Shown here piece by piece: positions 32,387 to 42,157 of a DNA stretch of 64,000 bases. Position 1 is the stretch's first letter. Each line of letters opens with the position of its first letter. The notes below the pieces were generated by a model. The model had not been told where the DNA came from, made no database searches, and worked only from the letters and a program-made list of their open reading frames with translations. A program made the translations under genes and the position numbers. Origin of the DNA: Candidatus Latescibacterota bacterium (GTDB taxonomy: Bacteria; Latescibacterota; UBA2968; GCA-2709665); the NCBI GenBank assembly GCA_965222075.1, contig OZ244937.1, forward strand, positions 3,168,001-3,232,000. Reading direction: 5' to 3'.

Positions 32387-34042
32387 ATGCCGTCGATTCG
32401 TCTCCATTTGATCCTTCCGGTGGTGATCGGCCTCTGTACAGCCTGGTGGCCAAACCCAGGCCGTGCGGAGAGCGGCAGAAAGCCGAACATCTCAATACAG
32501 GCCCATACCCTCGTAGAGTTGGGCAATCTGGTCCGAAGGCACTACTACCAGGAGACCGACCCGGTGGAACTCTACCATGGGGCCATTGAGGGATACCTCT
32601 CCAGACTGGACCCCCACTCGACGTACATCTCTCCCAAAGAACTTCGGGATACGCAGGAAAAGCTGACGGGCTCTTTTGAAGGCATTGGCATCCATTTCGA
32701 TATTATTGGCAATTACTTGACGGTCCTGTCGCCCATCGAAGATGCCCCTGCCGACCGGGTGGGGTTGCTCGCCGGGGATCGGATTGTCAAAATCGACGGC
32801 CGTTCTGCGGTGGGCATCAAGAAGGTGTCTGAAGTCACCCGGAGGTTAAAGGGCCCCAAGGGGAGTCGGGTGCGTGTTTCTGTTCAGCGTGAAGGCCAGG
32901 ATGACCTCCTTGAATTCGAGATTGTTCGGGACAAAATTGAAGTGCCGAGTGTTCCCTACGAATTTAAGGTTGCGCCCGATATCGGATATGTGAAAATCGA
33001 CCGATTTTCCAGCCATACGGCAACAGAACTGAGAACGGCCTTAGAGCGGCTGAAGAAAGAGCGGATCAGGAAGCTGATCCTCGACCTGCGCGGAAACGGG
33101 GGCGGTTATCTTGAGCAGGCCGTGACGGTGGCGGACCAGTTTATCGAAAAGGACCGGCTGCTGGTTTACACTAAGGGACGCCATACAGATTCGCGAGAAA
33201 ATCACTATACGCAACACAATCCGGTGGTTTCACCCGATATGCCGCTGATGGTCCTGGTGGATAGCTACAGTGCAAGCGCTTCAGAAATTGTCGCTGGGGC
33301 CGTTCAGGATTACGACCGTGGCCTTATTGTGGGTCATACAACATTTGGCAAAGGGCTTGTGCAGAAGCAGTTTCCGCTCAAGAACGGCGGCGCTGTATTG
33401 CTCACCATTGCCCGCTACTTTACCCCCAGCGACCGTCCCATTCAGCGGCCTTTTTTGCAGGACCGGGACGCTTATGTAGATGCGGCGCACGATGATTACG
33501 ACCCCAATGCCGATCCCGACAGCATTGCCACCAAACCGGTTTATTATACCCAGATCCTCCATCGGAAGGTCTACGGCAGCGGCGGGGTAACGCCCGATGT
33601 GGAGTTGAAGCGCGACAGTCTAAATGCCTCTGAACGGCGATTGACCTGGAGCCATTTCTTTGAATTTGCGCATCGGCATGCGGCCGAGATTACCCGGGAC
33701 TACCCCGAATTTGACACTTTCTTCAAACGGTATCAGCCCGACAGGCGCATGCTCTCGGCGTTCAAGCAATTCCTGAGGGATCGAAGGGTTCGATTTACAG
33801 ACCGGGACTTCAAGGGCAGTGTTGGTTTTATTAAGCGAGAGATTCGTCGGCGGGTTGCCCAGATTCGGTGGGGAAGACGGGCTGCGGAGAGGGTTCGCAT
33901 CAGTCAGGATACAGAGGTGATCCAGGCCCTGGCCCTGTTCGATCAAGCAGAGGCGCTGCTGGCCAGCCGAACCTACCACTACAATCGGGGGCGGACCCAT
34001 GTCCCTGCTCCTGCCGCGCCCAGGCAGGGGCAGATCCGGTAG
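32387..34042 (+). CDS. S41 carboxy-terminal processing protease
   Basis: LDPHSTY, PDZ GIG, DLRGNGGG, SASASEI and TFGKGLVQ motifs. Confidence 0.93.
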   Translation: MPSIRLHLILPVVIGLCTAWWPNPGRAESGRKPNISIQAHTLVELGNLVRRHYYQETDPVELYHGAIEGYLSRLDPHSTYISPKELRDTQEKLTGSFEGIGIHFDIIGNYLTVLSPIEDAPADRVGLLAGDRIVKIDGRSAVGIKKVSEVTRRLKGPKGSRVRVSVQREGQDDLLEFEIVRDKIEVPSVPYEFKVAPDIGYVKIDRFSSHTATELRTALERLKKERIRKLILDLRGNGGGYLEQAVTVADQFIEKDRLLVYTKGRHTDSRENHYTQHNPVVSPDMPLMVLVDSYSASASEIVAGAVQDYDRGLIVGHTTFGKGLVQKQFPLKNGGAVLLTIARYFTPSDRPIQRPFLQDRDAYVDAAHDDYDPNADPDSIATKPVYYTQILHRKVYGSGGVTPDVELKRDSLNASERRLTWSHFFEFAHRHAAEITRDYPEFDTFFKRYQPDRRMLSAFKQFLRDRRVRFTDRDFKGSVGFIKREIRRRVAQIRWGRRAAERVRISQDTEVIQALALFDQAEALLASRTYHYNRGRTHVPAPAAPRQGQIR

Positions 34043-34101
34043 ACAAAGCCAGTTTCACGTTTCAAATTCCGGGTTCGAAACGGTGTTTTCAGGAGGAATT
34101 C

Positions 34102-34794
34102 ATGGCAAAACATCATCCACGATCGTCGGTACGGAAGGAGATGGGCACCCAGGTTAATCTGCCCCTTTCCAAGGCCGTAGAGATCAGTTTCAACAGCGTC
34201 AAGATCCGGTTCGGGCGGTCGCTGATTACGGTCAGCGGTATTGTCTTAGCCATTGCCTTTTTGATGTCTATCTGGACCAACAACACCATTATCGACAGCC
34301 TCAAGGCTGCACACAATCCGAAGATGAACCTGAAGCTGCAACAGAAAGGGATCGACATCGATCCGGACAGCGCAGCCGCCCGCCAGGAACGGTCCAAGAA
34401 TACTTGGCTTGTGGTGCTGTCGCTGCTGGTCTGTCTGGTGGGTATCACAAACGCCATGTTGATGTCGGTCACCGAGCGTTTTCGGGAGATCGGCACGATG
34501 AAATGTATGGGCGCTCTGGATGGGTTTATTATTAAGCTTTTCCTCTTGGAGTCATCTTTTATGGGTACGGCCGGTACGATCATCGGGGCCGTACTCGGGT
34601 TTGCGCTGGCCCTTTTGCTTTCGTGGGCCAGCTATGGAGCCGAATTCTTCGACTATGTGACCTGGAGTACGATTTTCTGGTACGGTCTTCTGGCTGTGGG
34701 GGTTGGCTCTTTTCTTTCCCTGATGGGCGGTATTCTGCCGGCCTATCGGGCGGCCAAGATGGAGCCGGTGGACGCGATGCGGCTGGAGGTTTGA
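34102..34794 (+). CDS. ABC transporter permease (FtsX/MacB-like)
   Basis: SVTERFREIGTMKCMGA and PAYRAAKMEPVDAMR motifs; AGGAGG RBS. Confidence 0.88.
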   Translation: MAKHHPRSSVRKEMGTQVNLPLSKAVEISFNSVKIRFGRSLITVSGIVLAIAFLMSIWTNNTIIDSLKAAHNPKMNLKLQQKGIDIDPDSAAARQERSKNTWLVVLSLLVCLVGITNAMLMSVTERFREIGTMKCMGALDGFIIKLFLLESSFMGTAGTIIGAVLGFALALLLSWASYGAEFFDYVTWSTIFWYGLLAVGVGSFLSLMGGILPAYRAAKMEPVDAMRLEV

Positions 34795-34884
34795 TGTCGT
34801 TTTGAGTTGCGGGTTGTGAGTCCCCCTGCCCTTTCCTTATTTGTTGCTTACGACCCGTTACTCGTTACTTTTCCGGAGGGACCT

Positions 34885-35613
34885 ATGGCGGTTGTGAGAA
34901 CACAGGATGTTAAGAAGGTTTATGAGATGGGGGATGTGACGGTTGATGCGCTCAAAGGGGTCGACTTGGAGGTTGAACAGGGCGAGTACCTCTCGATTAT
35001 GGGGCCTTCCGGATCGGGAAAGAGCACGCTGTTCAACATGGTGGGAGGGCTGGACAAGCCGACCAGCGGGAAGGTCTACATCGACGATGTGGACGTGGCG
35101 CAGCTTGACGCCTACGAGCTGGCCTGGCTGCGCTGCCGGAAGATCGGATATATTTTCCAGACCTTCAACCTGATTCCGGTGATGACCGCACTGGAGAATG
35201 TGACCCTGCCTATGGTTTTTGCCGGGCTGACGAGCGATGAGGCCCGGGATAAGGGCGTGCACCTCCTGGAGCGGGTCGGGCTGGGCGATCGGGTTTCCCA
35301 CAAGCCCTACGAGCTTTCCGGCGGGCAGCAGCAGCGTGTGGCCGTGGCCCGGGCGATGGCCAACGATCCGGCCCTGATCTTGGCCGACGAGCCGACGGGC
35401 AACCTGGACCTGAATACCGGGACCGAGATTATCGACCTGCTCCGGGAGATGAACAAGGAGTCGGGCGTAACGGTGATCTCGGCGACGCACGACCACAAGA
35501 TGCTGAGCGTGTCCGACCGGGTGATCTGGATTCGAGACGGACGCGTGGACCAGATTATGAACCGCGAGGACCTCAAGATCGAGGTGGGCACCATCGACGG
35601 CAAAGCCCCTTAA
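34885..35613 (+). CDS. ABC transporter ATP-binding protein (LolD/MacB-like)
   Basis: GPSGSGKS, LSGGQQQR and ADEPTGNLD motifs. Confidence 0.93.
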   Translation: MAVVRTQDVKKVYEMGDVTVDALKGVDLEVEQGEYLSIMGPSGSGKSTLFNMVGGLDKPTSGKVYIDDVDVAQLDAYELAWLRCRKIGYIFQTFNLIPVMTALENVTLPMVFAGLTSDEARDKGVHLLERVGLGDRVSHKPYELSGGQQQRVAVARAMANDPALILADEPTGNLDLNTGTEIIDLLREMNKESGVTVISATHDHKMLSVSDRVIWIRDGRVDQIMNREDLKIEVGTIDGKAP

Positions 35614-35766
35614 AAGGCTTGATACGGGCGTTCCGGTGTCAACGATTTACCCTGATTTTTTATCATATCGCTGTCTTGGAACTGCCCCTGGGAAGAGCAG
35701 GAAGGGTAGCATAGATCCTTCTTTTATATGTGGTTTCGGGCTTGAAAAATAAGCGTTGATAACGAC

Positions 35767-35800
35767 AAAAGGCCCTGGAGGATGCCTCCGGGGCCTCTTT
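35767..35800. terminator. Hairpin, probable terminator
   Basis: AAAAGGCCCTGGAGG-ATG-CCTCCGGGGCCTCTTT. Confidence 0.55.
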
Positions 35801-35906
35801 CTGTTTTCAGCCGAACAAATGGGAAAAGAGCGAGCTCGAGGTCGACCCGGACGGATGGGTCGTGCGGGATTGAACAGCAAATACAAAGCTTACAGGAGAA
35901 AACGCA

Positions 35907-37580
35907 ATGCCTGAGATGACCGGAGCTCGATTTCTTGCTGAAACTGTCCACGGTTTCGGAGTTACCCACGTCTTTTATATGCCCTACATCGCCCCCAGGG
36001 CATTGATGGAAATGGAAAAGCTGGGGATTAAGCGCATTCAGACCCACGGAGAAAAAGCGGCCGCGTATATGGCCGATGCCTACGCCCGGGTGAACCGCAG
36101 CCCCAGCATCTGCATGGCCCAATCGGTGGGTGCGATCAATCTCGCCGCCGGGTTACAGGACGCCTATCTGGCCTGCTCTCCGGTGATTGCCCTGACTGGA
36201 CGGGAGAACCAGATTAACCAACAGCGCCACGCTTATCAGGAAGTCGATCACGTTGACCCTTTCTCGGCAGTCACCAAATATAGCGCGTTTATCGCCACGC
36301 CGGAACAACTTCCCATCTATTTGCGTCAAGCCTTCCGCGCGGCGACGTCGAGCACGCCCGGACCGGTACATCTGGATTTAGAAGGTCTCGCCGGGCAGAT
36401 GGTTGTAGACCATGAGGCAGATCTGGAAGTCATCATCGAAGAGACCTTTGCCCAGATGCCGCCCTTCCGACCGGAAGCGGAGCTAGAAAAAGTGGCGGAA
36501 GCACTCCAGCTGCTCACCAATGCCAAGCGGCCCACCATCGTGGCTGGCGGCGGCGTGACCGCTTCGGGGGCGAGAACCGAACTCGTGGCCCTGGCAGAGA
36601 AGCTCTCCATCCCGGTCGCGACCTCTCTGAATGCCAAAGCCATGTTCCCCTGTGACCATCCGCTGGCGGTGGGCGTCCCCGGTTCATACTCGCGAGCCTG
36701 CGCCAACCAGGTCGTCTGCGAGGCAGATCTGGTCTTCTTCATCGGGAGTCACACCGGGGGACAGGTGACCAACGGATACCGCATCCCGCCGCAGGGAACG
36801 CCGATCATTCAGCTGGATATCAACCCGGATGAACTGGGCCGCAACTACCCAATTAAAGTGGGGCTGCAGGGCGACGTTAGAAACTCACTGCGCAGAATGA
36901 TTGCGCATGCAGAAACCGTCGAGCCACGTACTGAATGGATCAGCCGGGTGCAGGAGTTGGTTGGGACCTGGAAAAAGAGCGTTCGTGAGGTGGTCAACTC
37001 GCACATCACGCCAATGCGACCCGAACGCCTCTGCCGGGAACTGACCGACTACCTGCCCTCCGACGCGATTCTCGTCTCCGACACGGGGCATTCGGGCATC
37101 TGGACCGGCACGATGATCGACCTCAAACATCCCGACCAGATGTTCATTCGCTGCTCCGGCTCGTTGGGCTGGGGTCTACCTGCGGCCATGGGCGCCAAAT
37201 GTGCCCATCCTTCCAGGCCCGTGTTCTGCTTCACCGGCGATGGTGGCATCTGGTATCATATGACAGAGCTGGATACCGCCATGAAATATGGGATTCACAC
37301 GGTGACCCTGATCAACAACAATCACTCCCTGAACCAGGAACAGGGCGGCGTGGAGTCCGTCTATGGCGGGCGAACCCCCGGCTCCGATGAACTCTGGCTC
37401 TTCCCCGACGCCAACTTCGCCAGGATGGCCGAATCGATGGGGTGTTTCGGCATTACAGTCAATAAACCGAGCGAACTTGCCGGTGCGCTCGACCAGGCGG
37501 TTGCCGCGGGAAAACCGGCGGTTGTCGACGTCAAAACGCACATCGAAGGCATTGCGCCTAAAGCGTGGATTCCAGACTGA
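35907..37580 (+). CDS. Thiamine-pyrophosphate-dependent enzyme (acetolactate synthase-like)
   Basis: HGE..AAYMADAYAR, GPVHL and GDGG...NN TPP-binding motifs. Confidence 0.9.
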   Translation: MPEMTGARFLAETVHGFGVTHVFYMPYIAPRALMEMEKLGIKRIQTHGEKAAAYMADAYARVNRSPSICMAQSVGAINLAAGLQDAYLACSPVIALTGRENQINQQRHAYQEVDHVDPFSAVTKYSAFIATPEQLPIYLRQAFRAATSSTPGPVHLDLEGLAGQMVVDHEADLEVIIEETFAQMPPFRPEAELEKVAEALQLLTNAKRPTIVAGGGVTASGARTELVALAEKLSIPVATSLNAKAMFPCDHPLAVGVPGSYSRACANQVVCEADLVFFIGSHTGGQVTNGYRIPPQGTPIIQLDINPDELGRNYPIKVGLQGDVRNSLRRMIAHAETVEPRTEWISRVQELVGTWKKSVREVVNSHITPMRPERLCRELTDYLPSDAILVSDTGHSGIWTGTMIDLKHPDQMFIRCSGSLGWGLPAAMGAKCAHPSRPVFCFTGDGGIWYHMTELDTAMKYGIHTVTLINNNHSLNQEQGGVESVYGGRTPGSDELWLFPDANFARMAESMGCFGITVNKPSELAGALDQAVAAGKPAVVDVKTHIEGIAPKAWIPD

Positions 37581-37654
37581 GTCTTCAGTCTCGCTCCATT
37601 CACGGTCTGCAACGACAACAAGGACTTCAAAGAAGACTACGCAGGAGGAATCAC

Positions 37655-38599
37655 ATGAACCTGGCAGACATTAAAAAAGTAGGCGTTGTTGGCGGTGGAA
37701 CAATGGGTTTTGGTATCACCATAAACTTTGCGCTTAACGGATACCCCACCGTTATGAGTGACCTGAGCGATGAAATCCTGAAGCAGTCAATGAACCATGT
37801 GAAATCTGCCATGCGGCTCTTTGTCGAAGAGGAACTGATAACCCGGGAGCAAGCGGACGGCACAGTCAACAGGATAACCACGACCACCGATCTGGCAGAG
37901 GTCGCTGCCCATACTGATTTCATCACCGAGGCTGTTGTTGAGCGGTTAAAAGACAAGCAAGAAATCTTCAACAAACTGGATAAACTGTGCCCGCCACATA
38001 CCATCATCGTCAGCAACACTTCGGGGCTGGTGCTCAGCGATATAGGCGCCGATGTCAAGCGGCAGGACAAGATCGGGTTAACCCACTACTTTACGCCGCC
38101 GCACATCGTGCCCGGGGTTGAGGTGGCGAAAGGTCCCGGCACGTCAGACACAACCTACACCATCATCTACGACCTGATGAAAAAGATAAAGAAAGTGCCT
38201 ATCCGGGTGCTCAAAGAGTTGCCAGGATACCTGCTGAACCGGATACAGGGCGCCATGAGTCGAGAAGCCAATCGATTGTGGGCAGAAGGCGTGGCGACCG
38301 CCGAAGAGATCGAGCTTGGGGTCAAATCTACATTTGGTTTCCGTATGCCCCATGAAGGTCCGATGGGACACTATGACCTGTCTGGTGTCTGGAAATGGCA
38401 AGCCGATGCGCGGTCGTCTCTGCAAATCGGACAGGCAACCGAATCCCTCGACGAAGAAGTGGCCGAGAAAATCAGGGAGCGTATGACGGAAGGGAGACCG
38501 TGGTTTGTCGACCCGGAAAAGTTTGACAGGGCAATCAAAAAACGGGATCGAGAGTACATACGCCGTCTGAAAGCGCTATACAAGTCGGAAAACCGGTGA
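37655..38599 (+). CDS. 3-hydroxyacyl-CoA dehydrogenase family protein
   Basis: GGGTMG, EAVVE..K, SNTS and HYFTPP motifs; AGGAGG RBS. Confidence 0.88.
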   Translation: MNLADIKKVGVVGGGTMGFGITINFALNGYPTVMSDLSDEILKQSMNHVKSAMRLFVEEELITREQADGTVNRITTTTDLAEVAAHTDFITEAVVERLKDKQEIFNKLDKLCPPHTIIVSNTSGLVLSDIGADVKRQDKIGLTHYFTPPHIVPGVEVAKGPGTSDTTYTIIYDLMKKIKKVPIRVLKELPGYLLNRIQGAMSREANRLWAEGVATAEEIELGVKSTFGFRMPHEGPMGHYDLSGVWKWQADARSSLQIGQATESLDEEVAEKIRERMTEGRPWFVDPEKFDRAIKKRDREYIRRLKALYKSENR

Positions 38600-38613
38600 G
38601 AGAAAACCGCAAT

Positions 38614-38698
38614 GCCTTCGCTGCGGGGTTGAAGGGGCTTTTCCGCGCAGGTCCCCCCAGCACCATCGCCCAAAAACGCCCAAAAGGTCCGCAGGGCA
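38614..38698 (+). repeat. ~85-bp direct repeat, copy 1 (copy 2 at 40412-40496)
   Basis: GCCTTCGCTGCGGGGTTGAAGGGGCTTTTCCGCGC...AAAGGTCCGCAGGGCA present at both sites. Confidence 0.9.
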
Positions 38699-38852
38699 CC
38701 GGTACGATTGCCGTTAGCCTCCGCGAAACCGGTTTCGATGACAGAGGGTTTTTTTGGTAGGGGCGAGGGTGAAAAAGGCCTCGCCGAAGGCATGGGGACG
38801 GTGGGCGGGGAGGGATTGCGGATGACGGAAACCGCCCGAGACTGAGCGACAA

Positions 38853-38984
38853 GGCCCCCCCACCGGCGCGCCTGGGGGCTGACGCCCCTGGCTTGCCGAC
38901 TCCCCCTCAAGGGGGGAGTGATGGGAGCCGCTTTGGCACGGACAGGATCGCCTGTCTATCTGCGTGCGAACACGCACAGGCAGG
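38853..38984. repeat. REP-like palindromes
   Basis: ACTCCCCCTCAAGGGGGGAGT hairpin followed by a CCTGTCT...GCACAGGCAGG unit. Confidence 0.7.
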
Positions 38985-38997
38985 TATCCTGAAGTCA

Positions 38998-40320
38998 TCA
39001 AAACTCCGCAAGGCTCAAGCCGAGCCTGAGCGTGAATCCCCGTCTCAATTGCTCGCCTTCCACGAAACCGTCCGTCTTGTAGCCGATTTCGAGCGCAAGC
39101 TCCGGCGCTGGATTTCTCCGTGCAACCCGATAGCGGATCGTTCCCCACAGGCCCCCACCCCATCCCGATCTCCCGGTTCTCACATTTTGTCCACCGAGAA
39201 GAAGCGCGGGCTGATGCCACAGTTCAGCGCGTGGACTGAAGGTGATGTATTTCCTTGAAGCGAGATTGTCAACGGCGATTCCGAGTCCGCCGAATTGATG
39301 GAAGGCGGGAATCCCATATCGAAAGAACACGTTCATCACGCGCCCTGAGTGGATAATCAGGTTCTCAAAGATGACCTCGGAGCCAAACGGGCTCAATCCA
39401 AGGCGAAAGGACGGCAGATATCCAACCTGGCCGAACCGGACCATGGGGAGTTCGCACTCGTGCTCTCCGTGGTAGAGGTAAGGAACGAGATACGTATACA
39501 CCGCCCAAAACAGCGTGGGATTCAAGAGGTTGACCAGCAGCTGAGAGCTCAGGTCTTCCAGGGTTAATCTGTAAGGACTTCGGGAATGGTAGCCTTCGAG
39601 GGAATTGAGATTTCGCAGATAGTTGGTGATGTCATTTCCCGGCCTGGGACGGCCTGTGAACCTGGTTCGCAGGATGTACCAGCTCAGGTCCAACGATGAG
39701 AACAGATAGATGACGGTTTCCCGTGATTTCACGCGGCCGCGGTGAAGCCATTTGGATCGGACCGACTTCGACAGGATGGTGTTGGCTTCAGATCCTGCAA
39801 TCGTTGAGCTGATTCTTTCGTGCCAGGTCCCCCTTCTCTCCGGGTTGGGTGAGCCGTGGGCCCAACCGTTTCCTCTACCGTAGGGTGGGAACAGGCTGAG
39901 GTGATAGGAGATGTCCTGGTACCCAAACTCTCTGTAGCGGGCACCGTGTCCAAAGATTTCGTGTTGCGTTAAAACCGGCAAATGATCCATCACATTGTCA
40001 AGTAAGAAGGTCTTGCCCAAACGATAAAGCATCCCTGCTGACTTCCGGACTTTTGTCGTTTCATCGAACAGCCTGGATTTGAGGTACCGATCTTCCAGGG
40101 CGTAGACCGCGCGATGGATCGCGATCAGGTTCTCGGCGCCAATTGAGGGTGACCGCCACGCGTCAATCCCCACCATATATCTCACCTGTGCGATCGCCTC
40201 AGGCTGGTGACAGAAGATCGCGATGACAAGCATCCATGGAATTCTGAAAGCCTTCAAGCCTGGCAGGAGAAACATTTTATTGCCGTCCACGAAGGGATGA
40301 TTGTTGGCCAGGTTCTCCAT
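38998..40320 (-). CDS. Hypothetical exported/outer-membrane protein; the first ~15 aa are a Doc remnant, so the true start is probably downstream
   Basis: 440-aa ORF, internal HEIFGH, amphipathic beta-strand C-terminus ending in Phe. Confidence 0.65.
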   Translation of the reverse strand: MENLANNHPFVDGNKMFLLPGLKAFRIPWMLVIAIFCHQPEAIAQVRYMVGIDAWRSPSIGAENLIAIHRAVYALEDRYLKSRLFDETTKVRKSAGMLYRLGKTFLLDNVMDHLPVLTQHEIFGHGARYREFGYQDISYHLSLFPPYGRGNGWAHGSPNPERRGTWHERISSTIAGSEANTILSKSVRSKWLHRGRVKSRETVIYLFSSLDLSWYILRTRFTGRPRPGNDITNYLRNLNSLEGYHSRSPYRLTLEDLSSQLLVNLLNPTLFWAVYTYLVPYLYHGEHECELPMVRFGQVGYLPSFRLGLSPFGSEVIFENLIIHSGRVMNVFFRYGIPAFHQFGGLGIAVDNLASRKYITFSPRAELWHQPALLLGGQNVRTGRSGWGGGLWGTIRYRVARRNPAPELALEIGYKTDGFVEGEQLRRGFTLRLGLSLAEF

Positions 40321-40335
40321 GAGGGCGACTGCTTC
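40276..40335 (-). pseudogene. doc: Doc/Fic toxin fragment
   Basis: AVALMENLANNHPFVDGNK matches the Doc catalytic motif HPFxDGNKR; the flanking Doc sequence is absent. Confidence 0.75.
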
Positions 40336-40411
40336 GGGGTGACAGTCAGAAACCGTCTAAAAATTCCGGGTTCGGGGATCAAAGCGCCCTCTCACGCGTC
40401 TCGCCTCCCCC

Positions 40412-40496
40412 GCCTTCGCTGCGGGGTTGAAGGGGCTTTTCCGCGCGGTTCCGTCCAGCACCATCGTCCAGCAACGCCTCAAAGGTCCGCAGGGCA
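40412..40496 (+). repeat. ~85-bp direct repeat, copy 2
   Basis: Matches 38614-38698 with scattered substitutions. Confidence 0.9.
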
Positions 40497-40498
40497 GA

Positions 40499-40720
40499 CC
40501 TGCCTGTGCCGCTTGCCTGCGCGTTGCGCGCAAGCAGGTGCCCGGCACGGCAGACAGGAGCTTCCGCTTCCACCACAGGGGCAATTCGCGGAAAAGCAGC
40601 CCCCGCCTGCCTGTGCGTGCTCTCTCACGCACGCAGACAGGCGGCGTCTGAGCGGCCTGCCTGTGCGCCTGCCTGTGCCGTTGGCACGGCAGACAGGTCG
40701 CACGCAGACAGGCAGGCAGG
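40499..40720. repeat. Cluster of nested CCTGCCTG...CAG(A/G)CAGG palindromic repeats
   Basis: At least five units, some inserted inside the loop of another. Confidence 0.85.
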
Positions 40721-40889
40721 CGCCCTTCTTTTTCGGCCTTTTTCTTGGGCGAACAAGAAAAAGGCCATAAGCAAAACGTTGCAGATGAACCCTCACACGT
40801 GTCGGATTTCTTCTTTTCTATGTTTTGTCGTATATTATACCCCGACTGCGTAGTCAGGCACATAAGTCCCTTAAAACGAAACAACGCCC

Positions 40890-42134
40890 ATGACCCCCCT
40901 AAAGAGATTGGATATCGGCTGGCGCGACCTGCTCTTTGGCATGGCCCAATGCCTGGCGGTCGACAAGCGCGCAGAAATCCACGCGGCCTGCCAGGAGAGC
41001 ACGGCTGCACCCGATCAGGGCCTGTTTTTCCTCTCGGTCCGCAGCGGCTTTGACGCCTATCTACAGGCCGCCCAATTCCCCCCGGGGTCGCACATTCTGG
41101 TGTCCGCCATCACCATTCCCGACATGCTCGAAATAATCCGGGCCCACGATCTGGTCCCGGTGCCGGTCGATCTGGACCCGCTGACTCTGCAGCCCGATCC
41201 GGACAGCCTGGAAGGGGGACTCACCGACAAGACCGTCGCCCTGTTGGCGACCCATCTCTTCGGCGCCCGCATACCTGTGGACCCCCTGGTGCGCTTCGCC
41301 CGCCGCAACGGCCTGGTACTGTTGGAAGACTGTGCCCAGGCCTATTGGGGCGACGGCTTTACCGGCCATCCAGCCAGCCAGGTGCGTATGTTCAGTTTCG
41401 GTCCCATCAAGCACAATACCGCACTGGGGGGCGGCCTGCTCTTTGTCCGCGATGCCCTCCTGCGAGAAAAGGTACGGAGGCTCCAGCAAGGGTATCCCGT
41501 ACAGAGCAGGAGGCAGTTTTTCAAGCGCCTGGCCAAATACGGCATTGTTGTCCTGCTCAACAAACCGGGGCCCTATACGGTCCTGTGCGTCCTGTGCCGG
41601 CTGATGGGCAAGTCACACGATATTGTGTGCTACGGCGCCACGCGCAGTTTTATGGGGGGGGGACTGCTTGAGAAACTTCGCCAGCAGCCCTGCCAGGCCT
41701 TGTTGTCGTTGTTGTCGAGGCGCCTGCGCTCGGACGCCCTGGCGAGGACAGAGTGCCGGCAACGGGCGGCGGCGGCTTTTCGCTGCCACGCTCCGGACCT
41801 TTGCTGCCCGGGCCACGGGCCGCAGCACTCCCACTGGCTCTTCGCCGTCCGGGTCGGCAATGCCGAGGGCTTGTGCCAGCAACTCCGGGCTGCCGGCTTC
41901 GACGCCCATTTGTGGCCGCCGTCGCTGTGCGTTGTCCCACCCGACCGGGATCTCCACGACCAGGTGCCCACCGAGGTCTTGGCCCTGCAGCGGCAAATGC
42001 TGTTCCTGCCGGTGTATGCTGAAATGGGACAGGCTCGTCTGGATCTGTTGAGCCTCCTCGTGCGCCAATGGGCACGCTCCGGTGACGGCCGGCTATGTTC
42101 CTCTCACCTTCTCAAGTCTCCATCCGGGTTATGA
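40890..42134 (+). CDS. DegT/DnrJ/EryC1-family PLP-dependent aminotransferase-like protein
   Basis: THLFG, LEDCAQA and SFGPIKH..ALGGG motifs. Confidence 0.82.
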   Translation: MTPLKRLDIGWRDLLFGMAQCLAVDKRAEIHAACQESTAAPDQGLFFLSVRSGFDAYLQAAQFPPGSHILVSAITIPDMLEIIRAHDLVPVPVDLDPLTLQPDPDSLEGGLTDKTVALLATHLFGARIPVDPLVRFARRNGLVLLEDCAQAYWGDGFTGHPASQVRMFSFGPIKHNTALGGGLLFVRDALLREKVRRLQQGYPVQSRRQFFKRLAKYGIVVLLNKPGPYTVLCVLCRLMGKSHDIVCYGATRSFMGGGLLEKLRQQPCQALLSLLSRRLRSDALARTECRQRAAAAFRCHAPDLCCPGHGPQHSHWLFAVRVGNAEGLCQQLRAAGFDAHLWPPSLCVVPPDRDLHDQVPTEVLALQRQMLFLPVYAEMGQARLDLLSLLVRQWARSGDGRLCSSHLLKSPSGL

Positions 42135-42157
42135 CGGGTTTTGGTTCGGTCTTTCCG

